From: a virus
IMG/VR virus record: IMGVR_UViG_3300008255_000111
Location: 1-64,000 of that record
Strand: one strand, 5' to 3'
DNA: 64,000 nt
The notes under the pieces were generated by a model that saw nothing but the letters and a program-made list of their open reading frames with translations, did no database searches and was not told the DNA's origin. The position numbers and the translations under genes were made by a program. This document shows, piece by piece, positions 9,301-18,489 of this stretch; positions within the stretch are counted from its first letter, which is position 1, and each line of letters starts with the position of its first letter.

Positions 9301-11561
9301 CCATCGTCCTCGATATCAAGGTCGAGGCTGTCGGCAGTGTGCGTGATTCCAAACTTCGCGAACATATTGATCACGTCGTTCTTCACGCGACGAACAAAGC
9401 TGCTCTCATACCAGTCTTCGTCGCTGTCAAAGTCTCGACGCGTCATGATGTCGCGAGGCTCAAAGGTGATGTAAGACTCGGCCCCAGCAAGCTCAGCCTT
9501 AAGCATCCTGCCGATCGGCTTGAAGGCGTCAATCATGTGCCAGGAGAACGTGTCCTCATCGACTTCCTCTCCTCCTGTGAAGCCGCCTCGATCGACCGTA
9601 GACACAGCCTTCATTCCAGCGGGGATGACCTCGGGGGCAGATGGTGCAGACGCCGCAGACGACATCTCAGGCGCGACCTTGACGGGCTCAGTCGATGCAA
9701 GCGGCATCACGGGGGCGATCGGCGCCGAAGGGGGCGGCACGAGCGACCTGCCCTTGAATGGCTTGGTCGGATCGACGGTGTAGAGCGAAAGCTCCCTTGC
9801 GAGGGCCGATGGGTTGGGGTGGATCTCGACGCCCTCGAACAAACCCTGAGTGAGCTGGCAGATGACCGTGTAGTCCCCACCGCTATTGTCCGCGCCGTTG
9901 AACGTCACGCGCACCTTCATGTGCATGGGGAACAAATCCACGAAGGATGCTCGGATCACAGACGAAAGATCCTCCCAGCGCATATCAAGCTCAGCTAGCT
10001 GCTGACCTGCATTGAACCTGTTGTAAGCGTTGGGCGGCTCGGTTGGCCACCTCACGTTGACCTTAAGCTCGTCGTAAGCTCCATCGTCTTTACGACGAGA
10101 CATGCTGACCCTAAGCGCCTTGGTGAGAAGCGCTTTGACAGCAGCTTCAACTCGCCCCGGCACAACCTCGATAACGCCACCTGATTGATTCTCGGCCATC
10201 GATTTCACCCTCGTGATAATGTCGATCGTATTTTTGATAAGTTCTTGAGATTTCTTCTGTTTTAAGCCCCTGAGCAGCGCCGCGCTGTCAACGCTCTTGG
10301 TGTCACGCGCCACAGCGTCAGCGAGCGCTTGAGCTGCTGAGGCGATCTGAGCAGGGTTGCCGCCTTCGATGGCATTCCTAAAGGCCCGGTTCGCTGACTG
10401 CACAAAGGTCGTATTTGTCCAGCCCACGATAAACTTATGAACGCTGTTCGCATCAGCGATCAGGTCAGGCACGTTGGTGCGCCCTTCCAGCTTACGCGTC
10501 ATCTTAAAGAAGCCGTCAGCTCCAGCAAGAAGATCCTGCCCCACATCGACGCTGCGCTCACCGCCCCCAACCCTGTTGATCGGAGCGGCTGGGCGACCCC
10601 AGCATGGGAGCGCGGGATCAGACGTAAACTCCTGAAGCGTGCTCAGCATCCTGTTCATGTTGTAGCTGACAAACTGGAGCTGATTGAGCTTGTTCTTGAC
10701 CTGCTCAGCGACGTAGGTGATCTCAATGCGATACCTCATGCCGCTCTTGTTAAAGCCCAAGGCTTTGCACGAGGCTTTGATCGGCGTCTGCGTGAGCGTG
10801 TTGGACACACCCGTTTGGATCAGCGACTCAATGGTGATGGGCGCGGCGTTGAAGCGATCAAGGATCTCATCGCGCCAGCGCACATAAGTCTCCTGATCCG
10901 CCCCAAGCTCGTTCAAGTGCACCTCAAGCTCGTTAGGATTGCCGCTGAGGTTGAACTTTGATCTGGACACACCAATGAGCGTCAAGACGCTCTCTTTCCC
11001 TGTGACGATGTGGTTGCGTGCTTGAAGGTCAACGTTAAGGAAGGGGCTGAACATCTGAACAAAGATGTGAGAGGACGGCAGGTCATTCCCAAGGAAGGGC
11101 ACAGGCTGGGCGTCGGTGACTGCACCAAAGGTCTGCGCCAGCTTCTCAGCGCCATCACCCTTCATGGTGATGAGCACATAACCCAGGCGGACCACTTCAA
11201 GCGCGTAGTCAATCTTCTCGACCAGCTCAAAGCGCCCGAAGATGCGCCTGATCTCGCTGAGCGCAGGTTCAAAGCGCGCGTACCATTCAAGGGTCGGCTG
11301 CTCTTTCTCAAGGCGATCAGCGATGAAGCCGTCAAGCGTCTCGCGCTCACCGCCAAGCAGCGAGAATGAGAGCGTGTTGCGCACATCATATTCGATCTCG
11401 CTTGCCAGCTCCTTCAAGAGCGGGGGGCTGGTCGGCTGCTGAGTGAAGATCGCCTTAAGTGACTCAACGATCTTATCAAGATCGTAGTCTAAGCCTTGGA
11501 TGACAGCTTCGTTCAAACCAAGGAACGCATCCATCCTCTCGCTCAAAGTACCTTTGCTCAT
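6387..11561 (-). CDS. giant (~1720 aa) acidic repeat protein, putative internal virion protein
   Basis: long ORF; LSERMDAFLGLNEA N-terminus; repeated acidic domains with Pro/Ala/Ser linkers. Confidence 0.7.
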   Translation of the reverse strand: MSKGTLSERMDAFLGLNEAVIQGLDYDLDKIVESLKAIFTQQPTSPPLLKELASEIEYDVRNTLSFSLLGGERETLDGFIADRLEKEQPTLEWYARFEPALSEIRRIFGRFELVEKIDYALEVVRLGYVLITMKGDGAEKLAQTFGAVTDAQPVPFLGNDLPSSHIFVQMFSPFLNVDLQARNHIVTGKESVLTLIGVSRSKFNLSGNPNELEVHLNELGADQETYVRWRDEILDRFNAAPITIESLIQTGVSNTLTQTPIKASCKALGFNKSGMRYRIEITYVAEQVKNKLNQLQFVSYNMNRMLSTLQEFTSDPALPCWGRPAAPINRVGGGERSVDVGQDLLAGADGFFKMTRKLEGRTNVPDLIADANSVHKFIVGWTNTTFVQSANRAFRNAIEGGNPAQIASAAQALADAVARDTKSVDSAALLRGLKQKKSQELIKNTIDIITRVKSMAENQSGGVIEVVPGRVEAAVKALLTKALRVSMSRRKDDGAYDELKVNVRWPTEPPNAYNRFNAGQQLAELDMRWEDLSSVIRASFVDLFPMHMKVRVTFNGADNSGGDYTVICQLTQGLFEGVEIHPNPSALARELSLYTVDPTKPFKGRSLVPPPSAPIAPVMPLASTEPVKVAPEMSSAASAPSAPEVIPAGMKAVSTVDRGGFTGGEEVDEDTFSWHMIDAFKPIGRMLKAELAGAESYITFEPRDIMTRRDFDSDEDWYESSFVRRVKNDVINMFAKFGITHTADSLDLDIEDDGISMLILTPGETASISRSLGIVTDSKFNPLPSTNKPASAPEPAADAAPPQPPRAPSNGATTMSTGVTNERLAETKFGFLNKILNANGKPRFDLNKENGLFEITVDGELRIEPENWQDIDQDDEWDFADGMDRRMQDWRSFAAQLIMAYISTDPNMDMNGIRVMADDMGLGLNGMSYRVEITFQRQSDLEDFNPKDGAAEKTQKAFAQFSTDPSIPLNIIDVKGQVFDSPATASRPVFATPEPSSASQVTPSPSVRTGSSAPYSADVDVKALQSALASHLSALGSVSETKIVDAKVKSGGVPQDGGYIYFEIKPPNRVASWDGDDDWDSWNEDYALPLQAKVENYIEKTLNIDAYRYEADISDDGRISISINSMAYDQLAAMFARGTNAPTPQSASSAGQYDLDDLIYTVKKAVRWLGDVRTDEIDGKGNIYVEIDPDNRERLDHYGNDGDGWDEDAWNEDFADPLYYKAARSLAEIGLSAQANDVDIYVDEKGYLNVIVNPENFDKITGSPVPFTMEDPSDNEDRWSNSSNRRDDDGDFDPAKPYPGYGGTPPVGYDDPWEDEEEDGEEDVLFVTDEDIEGFERALRSVGEGASSDVVTRIETVVSGKAWQGPKAEMSYRLVFELGEDLQLDREYDEFNDSVRLASAKFDERKLKDAIEAFTQRLVITVGVDSMVPDKVLNADGTYKSLSIMFHVVMDVGTGAENVFLSEKGIPHAKDYFRIMRRDVMMQVTYNPDEAGDTSIAPVTPSMSKNEYAAAIEQNVRKDLDAALSPHGYVNTLTTYVTSDGLIELTGRLSVHSDNNNYKFKNDFKLRLNALFPRATSFVSTNAHENAGDIAEVTLRMTVYEPAQAIVDHGAVALMRNFLTDYNQTSTPPALKATPSSDTSTSMKTVAMTSTKSGAKNLIVTKNKIVKSSIVTASRDLGDMAKSIGKGKVDLTSFAKLHKDSSLDLLLVQIEDGVAAAMGLLNDD

Positions 11562-11634
11562 CTCCAACATTCTCCTTGGCGCCCGGCTGGTCCGGGCTAC
11601 GTCCATGTCATGCGCGCTGCTGTTGGGCCGCCCG

Positions 11635-12660
11635 TCAGATCCGCTTTAGAAGCATCGATGCGACTTTATCCTGGGCGACCGTGGCCATCGCAGCTTGCAG
11701 CGCTCGGATCGGGTTGGTGATGTTGACCGAGGCATACTCATCCAAAGATAGTCCGCCGATCTTGAGGTCAGCTTCAGTCAAAGGCTGGTCCTTCTCGGCA
11801 GCTTGGGCGATCTTGGCGTATTTGGTCTTAAACTCTTTGAGGTGCTTGGGGAGGTCGTCAAGCTGACCCTGAAGCTTCACGCCAACAGCGCGTTGCAGCA
11901 TGTGAGCAAGATAAGCCTCAGCCGTCTTCTCGATCTCAGGCTGCGAGGACGACGACGGGGAGAAGTAGAACCACACTTGGATGGTGATCCACTCATCCTT
12001 GCCTGCTGACGCGGGCAGCGAGTCCTGATCGACCAAGGCGCCGATGTAGAGGAAGTCAGTTGCCTTGTCATCGTAGGTGTCCTGCTCCTTGGCCTTAGCT
12101 GGGACAGACTCCGCCATCTGCTCGTAAGCGGCGCCAAGCTGCACCTTCATCTTGCGCAAGGCGTTGTTGATCACCACTGCGACTGCCTTGGTGTCATAGG
12201 GGTCTTTGCTGGTGGCGTTGGCGTAGGCCGCTGGGCTGAACTCGAAGTTGAGCACGTCACAGAACTGAGCCTTGGGCCAGGGCGTGTTGCCCGTGATAAG
12301 ACCAACGCGCTTGGCGTACTCGGCACGGCTCACCTTGGGGCGGATCATGCGCGTCGTGGGCGCTCGGAAGTATTCGCTGAGCTTGCGCTGACGGCTGATG
12401 AGCTTGGTGATGTCTCTGAAGGCGACAGGCTGCGCGAGGTGGTTGAGGTTCTGATATGCAGCGGCGATCGCCATCCACACACCATAGCTCACTTGGACGC
12501 CGCGCGCCTTGGCGCCCTGCTTGCCCTTGCCATCAGTGCTCTCAAGATCCGTGAGCTTCGCCTTCTGGTAGTATTCGACCAGTTGCGCAGCCGGAGCGGC
12601 TTGCCCAGCGTCAACGCCTTCGCTGAGGAAGTCCCTGAGCCGTTTTTCGATGAGTTTCAT
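11635..12660 (-). CDS. hypothetical protein, putative internal head protein
   Basis: GAGGG RBS; N-terminus LIEKRLRDFLSEG. Confidence 0.65.
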   Translation of the reverse strand: MKLIEKRLRDFLSEGVDAGQAAPAAQLVEYYQKAKLTDLESTDGKGKQGAKARGVQVSYGVWMAIAAAYQNLNHLAQPVAFRDITKLISRQRKLSEYFRAPTTRMIRPKVSRAEYAKRVGLITGNTPWPKAQFCDVLNFEFSPAAYANATSKDPYDTKAVAVVINNALRKMKVQLGAAYEQMAESVPAKAKEQDTYDDKATDFLYIGALVDQDSLPASAGKDEWITIQVWFYFSPSSSSQPEIEKTAEAYLAHMLQRAVGVKLQGQLDDLPKHLKEFKTKYAKIAQAAEKDQPLTEADLKIGGLSLDEYASVNITNPIRALQAAMATVAQDKVASMLLKRI

Positions 12661-12796
12661 TCTTTTCCCTCAAGTAACGTCTGGTGGTGATTCAAGCACG
12701 CACGACTACGCGTCTTCTAATGGCGGTCACGAGTCTTATCGATTATGACCTCAAGCCTTGTTACAGCGTAAGACTAAGTGAAGCCACTTATAAAAA

Positions 12797-12832
12797 AAAC
12801 ACCCGGCTGCAATCGATTGCAGCCGGGTGTTT
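12797..12832. repeat. 16-bp palindrome with extended arms (terminator-like)
   Basis: AAACACCCGG-core-CCGGGTGTTT; long U-tract on the minus strand. Confidence 0.95.
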
Positions 12833-12839
12833 GGTGTCG

Positions 12840-13178
12840 CTACTCGTGGAGCTTAGCCGACAGCCTCTCGACGGGCCGCGCAGGCCCTACTCCAAACCTG
12901 CACCTAAGACGAGCAAGCCACTCGGGCGAAAGCTCAGCCTTCTCCTCCTCAACGCGCTCGGCCTTCATCCAAGACAGGAAGGCGTCGATGCCCTTCCTGT
13001 TTACATAGACCACGCGACCCCGTCCAGGGTAGTCCAGCTCAGAAACAAAGCCCCTCGTCTTCGCGCCGAGCAGCGCCCTCCCGATCGACTTGGGAAGCCG
13101 GGCGACAGGGCACCCCTCGGCTGAGCGCCTAAAGTGACCCATCCACATCAGCCAACAGACAAGCTCCCACCATTTCAT
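12840..13178 (-). CDS. hypothetical protein
   Basis: ATGA overlap with the upstream gene. Confidence 0.6.
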   Translation of the reverse strand: MKWWELVCWLMWMGHFRRSAEGCPVARLPKSIGRALLGAKTRGFVSELDYPGRGRVVYVNRKGIDAFLSWMKAERVEEEKAELSPEWLARLRCRFGVGPARPVERLSAKLHE

Positions 13179-13588
13179 GACAACCCCTTGGCGCAGCCTC
13201 CTCGGATGAGCGCCTGTACGATGTATTTGGTCCTGACGATCTCAACGTCCTCATTCGTCGGATCATCAGGGTTCTCAGCCCGGTACTTCTGAACCTTGCC
13301 GATGGCGTAGTAGGGCTCTATCCCCTTTGCCAAAATGGCAAGCTCAACGCGCGACGCGTAGAAGATCGGCAGATCGATCAGCGCCTTGCTTGCCCTAGAG
13401 CGCTTGGCAAGTGAGGCGATCTCGACGACCTTCATGTCGATCTCTGACTCGGTTGGATCATGGTGCAGCTTCAAGATCGAAGCCAACCTTGTCCGATCCA
13501 CGGCTGACAGCTCGTAAACCCCTAAGCGCTTCAGCGCGCGAGGCAGCCCGTTCACTCCAAGGTAGATGATCGACTTGCTATAAAACAT
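13175..13588 (-). CDS. hypothetical Rossmann-like protein (degenerate Csx20-like/NLTQH family candidate)
   Basis: PTESEI...IASLA...KALID.PIFY..VELAILAKGIEPYYA pattern. Confidence 0.4.
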   Translation of the reverse strand: MFYSKSIIYLGVNGLPRALKRLGVYELSAVDRTRLASILKLHHDPTESEIDMKVVEIASLAKRSRASKALIDLPIFYASRVELAILAKGIEPYYAIGKVQKYRAENPDDPTNEDVEIVRTKYIVQALIRGGCAKGLS

Positions 13589-13615
13589 CGCGCGCGGTCC
13601 TTAGCGTTGGGCACG

Positions 13616-14083
13616 TCAAAAGGGCAGCTTCACCTGCCCACGATCCAGCGTCATCATCTCGGCCCTGACCTTCAGTCTACTCTGTGGAGCGAGGGGCATG
13701 TGGTTCAAGCACTTCACGGCTGCCCTTAAATCGGGGAGCCGATGCTCACAATGCACCTCAACCTTTACTGACCAGCCGGGTCTTACCTCAAACCTTACAT
13801 CTGTTGCGCGCTCGATGTCTAGACCATCTAAGCAAACCCAGATGTCCACACCATCATCAAAAAGGCGCCTGAATGTCATTCTGTAATTGAGGTCGTGATC
13901 GACCACAAGCAAAGTCGTGAAGTCTGTCTCCGAGGCATGAGACAAATTCCACCTCTCAAGCACTATCTCCCACATAGCGGCTCCAGCATGACGCACAAAG
14001 GGCGCCCTTTTGGAGCGCCCTTTGTACTGAGATTTGACATCGGATACGACGAGACGACGTTGGCTAACCTTCACATAGCGCAA
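13616..14083 (-). CDS. hypothetical protein
   Basis: 155-aa ORF in the operon. Confidence 0.55.
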   Translation of the reverse strand: MRYVKVSQRRLVVSDVKSQYKGRSKRAPFVRHAGAAMWEIVLERWNLSHASETDFTTLLVVDHDLNYRMTFRRLFDDGVDIWVCLDGLDIERATDVRFEVRPGWSVKVEVHCEHRLPDLRAAVKCLNHMPLAPQSRLKVRAEMMTLDRGQVKLPF

Positions 14084-14170
14084 GACTTACCAGAGCTTTG
14101 CGCCATGTGAAGATTAGCCAACATGGCGGGCTGACGCAAGCTCAAAGCTGCCTCAGCCCAGCCCCGCAGA

Positions 14171-14737
14171 TTAGACCTCAAGCTCGGCTTGGAGCTTGTT
14201 ACCTGCGCTGTCATCGTTAAGGGTGCTGGAGTAGGGGCCAAAGTTAGCCGTGACGTTGTTATACACATAGTCAAGGAGGATGGCCCCCTCGGCTGCGATC
14301 GTCGCCACGGTGATGTCGTTAGCCACCGTCCAGGCACCAGTGATGTAGTTGATGGTGCCCGTGCCCGCACCACCGTCTTGCTCAAGCACACCTAGACCAT
14401 CATCAACCATCGTGATGTAGCCGCCACCGTCCTCGGGGATCTGCACGCGGAACGTGCCCGCCTTAAGGCCAGCCTGAGCGGTGCCGGAGTAGACGGCAGC
14501 GCCAGCCGCCTCAGAGCCACTGTCAGCGCCGATCACAGTGATCGGGCTCTCCAGCAGCGCAGCAAGGGCAACCTCCTCATCGCTCTTGGAGTCAAGGGCG
14601 ACATGCTTGAGCCTGTACTTGTTGAGCACCAGAGTCTTGCTAGCAGCAGGGGCGATCGTCCAGCCACCAAGAACGGGCTCAAGAACGATAGAGTCAGGCG
14701 AGTTGTTGGTGAGCGTCACTTCGATAAGCTGTGCCAT
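14171..14737 (-). CDS. putative virion structural protein
   Basis: AAGGAG RBS; DDGLG...GTGTINYITGAW motif typical of tail sheath/baseplate beta domains. Confidence 0.6.
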   Translation of the reverse strand: MAQLIEVTLTNNSPDSIVLEPVLGGWTIAPAASKTLVLNKYRLKHVALDSKSDEEVALAALLESPITVIGADSGSEAAGAAVYSGTAQAGLKAGTFRVQIPEDGGGYITMVDDGLGVLEQDGGAGTGTINYITGAWTVANDITVATIAAEGAILLDYVYNNVTANFGPYSSTLNDDSAGNKLQAELEV

Positions 14738-14892
14738 GATTGGATCTCCTTTAAAGGATGTTCGCGCATTATTAAGAGCCCTTGCTTAAGGGGCTCGGTC
14801 TTCGACCTTGCAAGTCACTAACAAATTAACGCCCAGCTCGTTTCAAAACAACGCAAAGCAGCATCGTTTAAACGACTGGGCGCCAAAGCCGC

Positions 14893-15591
14893 TTAAGCGT
14901 CGAGGCGCTTGATCTTCTTGAGCGCTCTAAGCGCTAACTGGCGGTGGTAGTCGTCAATGGTCATGTTGGGGCGCTCTGGGGCGGCGACGGGCGCCTGCGC
15001 TCTAAGCGCGCGCTCACGCATTTCAGCGAGCGTAAGGGCTGATGTCATCCTGTGACGGCCAAGCCACTTGTGCATCTGCTGATGTTGCTTGGCGAGCGGC
15101 CCGCCGTTTTTCCCTGCCTCGTCGCGTATAGAGTGCGTCTCAGGCAGGCCGAGCAAAACTCTGATCCTGTTGTTCAAGGCGTGGAACTCGTGCGTGTGTC
15201 CCATGCCCCCTGACAGCTTAGCGCGATGTTGATACGCGTGGACAAGCTCATGGGCGAGCGTGCCGTCAAGCAGATGCAGCTTAAGCTCACTGAACTCCTC
15301 TCCAGCTCCGGGGAAGCCTGGAGAGAAGAACTCCAAGTAGTGAGCCTGATATTCGATCTGGCCATGATCCGGCCCCTTCCCAATCAGCCACTTGTAAGTG
15401 CCGATCGCGCGCCTAAGACGAGGATTGACGACAAGCGGGATCTTCGCGGTGAGGCTCCAGCATTTAGGCGTGTTCACAAGTCGTCCATTGACCTTCACGA
15501 CTTCATCAAGATGCTTGTCGGCAAGCTCGCCAATCTGGCGAAGCCGCTCCTGCGCGTAGGACAGCGTTTGGGGATGTGGGTTGTATGCCAT
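14893..15591 (-). CDS. SprT-like zinc metalloprotease
   Basis: NPRLRRAIG; TLAHELVH...GHTHEF. Confidence 0.8.
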   Translation of the reverse strand: MAYNPHPQTLSYAQERLRQIGELADKHLDEVVKVNGRLVNTPKCWSLTAKIPLVVNPRLRRAIGTYKWLIGKGPDHGQIEYQAHYLEFFSPGFPGAGEEFSELKLHLLDGTLAHELVHAYQHRAKLSGGMGHTHEFHALNNRIRVLLGLPETHSIRDEAGKNGGPLAKQHQQMHKWLGRHRMTSALTLAEMRERALRAQAPVAAPERPNMTIDDYHRQLALRALKKIKRLDA

Positions 15592-15613
15592 CGAGATAAC
15601 CTGCTCGGTTGGC

Positions 15614-15680
15614 GCCGGGCCTCATTTGCCCGGCATCGTTTAGTGAGTCTTGACTTTCGCTCAACTAGCCAGGAGCGCAA
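15614..15680 (-). promoter_or_regulatory. promoter plus AAATGAG-loop hairpin
   Basis: TTGCGC(15675-15680)-N16-GAAAGT; GCCGGGC-AAATGAG-GCCCGGC 15614-15634. Confidence 0.7.
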
Positions 15681-15683
15681 GCA

Positions 15684-16934
15684 TTATTGTTGAAGCCTGA
15701 TGGGCATCACAACGCACGCCACGTCGCGCTCCAGGCTCCAGAAGACCAAGGGCTCAAGGCTTGTCCCAAACTCAAGAGACAGCTCCTCGGCGTCCTTAAA
15801 GACGTTGCGCGCGATCTCAAGGTACTTGACGTTGGCTTGGAAGGCTCCGAAGTTGGCATCCTTGCCCAAGAGCTTGTCATATTCTTCAGGCATCAGATCA
15901 GCGAGCGTTCCATCCTCAATCAGCAGCTCAACTTCAATCTTCCTGCTTCCATTGACGCCGCTCATGTCAATGCGAGCCGGACTGCAATTGAAGCGCACCG
16001 GGAACTGCTGCTGACCTGAGCCGATCACCTTGAACAGATCAAGCGCCATGTCAAAGCGCGCTGTGCAGAAGAATGCACTGTGGCGCCGACCTCCATCAAC
16101 CCCGCCGTTGGGGATCACCTGAGTGAAGTCGGGATAAAGCCCATCGACAAGGCGCCCTGACACGGTGACGGTATAGTCGTCGCATGACTGAGTGAAGCTC
16201 ACTGCCTTCTTGGAGTCAAAGCCCTCGCAGGAGCCTGTCCTCATGAGCGTCACGGCCCCGTTAAGGCTCATGCGATCATACAGGTCACACAACGCGATCG
16301 GCACAATCGCATCACCGCGCGAGCGGTCAGCATATTCAAAGACCACATCATCCATACCACTAAGGCGCCTCGTATAAAGCGCGTGGCCGTTAGTGGCCGT
16401 AATGACAAGCATGTCCCCAGATTTTGAGAAGTGAACGCCAGATATATTCTTGCGGGCCTCGTCTCGGCTCGCGAAGGGGTTGGCTTCCTTCATGACTTGC
16501 GTGAAGTCGGCTGGCAGCTCAAAAACTGCCGAGTCAGGCTTCATGGCGAACATATAGGAGTAGACCTCGTGATCATTGTCACTGACATACTTGGCATCTA
16601 CCCCTGGCAGCGCGCTCAAGACGACCTCGCGCTGCGCTTCATCAAGAGCGCTCACGGTGAGCTTGACACAATCCTGTTTTGCCTTCTTGGCCGCAGCAGC
16701 GATCGCTGCTGCGTCTTTGATGTTGAAGAAGGCGGGCTCAAAAGCGTCCTCACAAGAGGACACAACGAACTCGATGGCGAGATCGAAGTTTCTAGCGCTC
16801 AATACAATTGCCCCATCGCGGTGCTCAAGCATCGCGATCTCGGCATAGTTAGAGGCTCCTTCCTTGGAGACGGTCTTAAGGCGCTTACACGCCTCGATGA
16901 GTGATGCGGTTTTTATCCCAAAGTTAACAGGCAT
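15684..16934 (-). CDS. dnaN: DNA polymerase III beta sliding clamp homologue
   Basis: ASRDEARKNISGVHF, ATNGHAL, RLVDGLYPDFTQVIP, NVKYL, VVMPIRL. Confidence 0.9.
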   Translation of the reverse strand: MPVNFGIKTASLIEACKRLKTVSKEGASNYAEIAMLEHRDGAIVLSARNFDLAIEFVVSSCEDAFEPAFFNIKDAAAIAAAAKKAKQDCVKLTVSALDEAQREVVLSALPGVDAKYVSDNDHEVYSYMFAMKPDSAVFELPADFTQVMKEANPFASRDEARKNISGVHFSKSGDMLVITATNGHALYTRRLSGMDDVVFEYADRSRGDAIVPIALCDLYDRMSLNGAVTLMRTGSCEGFDSKKAVSFTQSCDDYTVTVSGRLVDGLYPDFTQVIPNGGVDGGRRHSAFFCTARFDMALDLFKVIGSGQQQFPVRFNCSPARIDMSGVNGSRKIEVELLIEDGTLADLMPEEYDKLLGKDANFGAFQANVKYLEIARNVFKDAEELSLEFGTSLEPLVFWSLERDVACVVMPIRLQQ

Positions 16935-16986
16935 GGCTTGCTCCAGGGTTTATGGCGAGTAGTCGCGGTTACTTTTGACAACTTCG

Positions 16987-17042
16987 ATACTCGATGCCAA
17001 GCCTCAGTTAGCAAGCCTGAAATGTACGCTGATGGTGCTTTT
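16987..17042 (-). promoter_or_regulatory. promoter with GCACCATC box
   Basis: box 17031-17042; TTGCTA(17009-17014)-N16-GAGTAT. Confidence 0.65.
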
Positions 17043-17345
17043 TTAGCGACCGAGCGACAGCCCTCTCCACGAGTAGGAAAGCTCAGCCGATACACGCACC
17101 TCGTCTGGGTTTTCTGCGAGCTGCCTTGCCATATCAAGGGCCGCCTTGCGCTGGTTGTCGCTGGCGTTTTCAATGAATGGGCGCTTCACCACACGATCCC
17201 AAGCTGTGCCGCAAGCGAGATCGTAAACGAGCCGCCTAAACTCCCAGGTGTGAAGCAGCACCCATGTCGGCTGAGTCTTTGCCTGTTGGTGCAGAACATC
17301 TAGGGCCTCGGCCAACTCTCTCTTATAAGATTCAGATGCGGGCAT
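17043..17345 (-). CDS. hypothetical protein
   Basis: AAGGA RBS before MPASE. Confidence 0.6.
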   Translation of the reverse strand: MPASESYKRELAEALDVLHQQAKTQPTWVLLHTWEFRRLVYDLACGTAWDRVVKRPFIENASDNQRKAALDMARQLAENPDEVRVSAELSYSWRGLSLGR

Positions 17346-17363
17346 GTTGGTTTCCTTCAACAA

Positions 17364-17401
17364 AAATGAGGTAGCTGCAATCGATTGCAGCTACCTCATT
17401 T
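17364..17401. repeat. 16-bp palindrome with extended arms (terminator-like)
   Basis: AAATGAGGTAG-core-CTACCTCATTT. Confidence 0.95.
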
Positions 17402-17419
17402 AATGCCAATGCTCGCGTT

Positions 17420-17998
17420 TCAAGCAAGCGACAGTTCGCTTAACACCTGTTCGACAAGATCCTCGGTGGAGCATGTCGCATCAAGCTCAATGGCAAACCT
17501 TGACCAGTCTTTGCAAAGGCTCCGATAGTGCTCCTGCCGACCTTTGATGACTTCAACGGAATCATCGTCAAAGACGTTGAGCTTGCCTCGCTGCGCCAGT
17601 CGAGCACAAAGCGTCTCGACTGGCGCCGTCAAAAGGAAGGTAAATGAAGGTCTGGCCGCGCCCCTGTTGAGCGCGGGGACGTAATCCTGAACCATGAACT
17701 GATAGACGTAGCTCGACCATACATCTCGGTCGGTGATGACGATCAGCCCCTCATCAAGCGCCGCTTCGATGACAGGCTTGAGCAGGAGCCTATCTAACGC
17801 AAAGAGCAGCGCGAGCTTCATATGAACGTCAAAGGAGTCATCACAGCTCTCGCTGATGATCCCCCTGATCTCCCTGCCGTAAGGGGAGTCACTTGGCTGC
17901 CTTATGATCAGGCAGCGCTCAGCTAGACGGCTTTCTAACTCGTTGACGAGACTGGTCTTGCCAGCCCCGTCAACTCCCTCGATGGCGATATAGGTCAT
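17420..17998 (-). CDS. tmk: thymidylate kinase
   Basis: IAIEGVDGAGKTS P-loop; LLFALDR; ITDRDVWSSYVYQ. Confidence 0.95.
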   Translation of the reverse strand: MTYIAIEGVDGAGKTSLVNELESRLAERCLIIRQPSDSPYGREIRGIISESCDDSFDVHMKLALLFALDRLLLKPVIEAALDEGLIVITDRDVWSSYVYQFMVQDYVPALNRGAARPSFTFLLTAPVETLCARLAQRGKLNVFDDDSVEVIKGRQEHYRSLCKDWSRFAIELDATCSTEDLVEQVLSELSLA

Positions 17999-18213
17999 CC
18001 GACCTCCATTTGCTGCAAGTGGCAGCCGTTTTCACTGAGACAAAGCGCTTGACGACGCACCTTGCCATTCTTCAGGTCAGTCAGGACGCGGATGCGCGCT
18101 TTGCCCGGAGGCATCTTGCACTTGCAGTCCTGACAGATAAAGGATTTGGAGAAGTTAACAACTTGGTAGGATTGAGTAAGCATGACAAGCTCCGAGTGAT
18201 AGGCCGCCTTCAT
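17995..18213 (-). CDS. small Cys-rich zinc-finger protein
   Basis: CQDC...CLSENGC; start uncertain because the ATG lies in a hairpin loop. Confidence 0.55.
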   Translation of the reverse strand: MKAAYHSELVMLTQSYQVVNFSKSFICQDCKCKMPPGKARIRVLTDLKNGKVRRQALCLSENGCHLQQMEVG

Positions 18214-18289
18214 TTGGCGGTTGACGTTGAGTTGGGCGGCTTCGTTGCCGCCGATACATAGAACTTGACAGCGACTAGACTTGGCGCAA
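18204..18289 (-). promoter_or_regulatory. promoter plus two leader hairpins
   Basis: TTGCGC(18284-18289)-N16-CAAGTT; GGCGGC-AACGAA-GCCGCC; CCGCC-AAATGAA-GGCGG 18204-18220. Confidence 0.75.
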
Positions 18290-18290
18290 G

Positions 18291-18413
18291 TTAAAAATCG
18301 TCGTCCTCCTTATTTTCCGAGGGTTTGTTGTCGAAGCTGATGTTGACCGCCGCACTAAGAGCAACAATCAACATCACTGCGAGCAGCAGCACATCCATGA
18401 CATCATTAGACAT
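18291..18413 (-). CDS. small membrane protein
   Basis: GGAGGT RBS; single TM segment. Confidence 0.55.
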   Translation of the reverse strand: MSNDVMDVLLLAVMLIVALSAAVNISFDNKPSENKEDDDF

Positions 18414-18489
18414 ATACACCTCCTGGCAGGCTGGCCCGTCCAGCCTATGACTTGAGATAATCATGTCACGACTAAACCCGAGCATCCAG

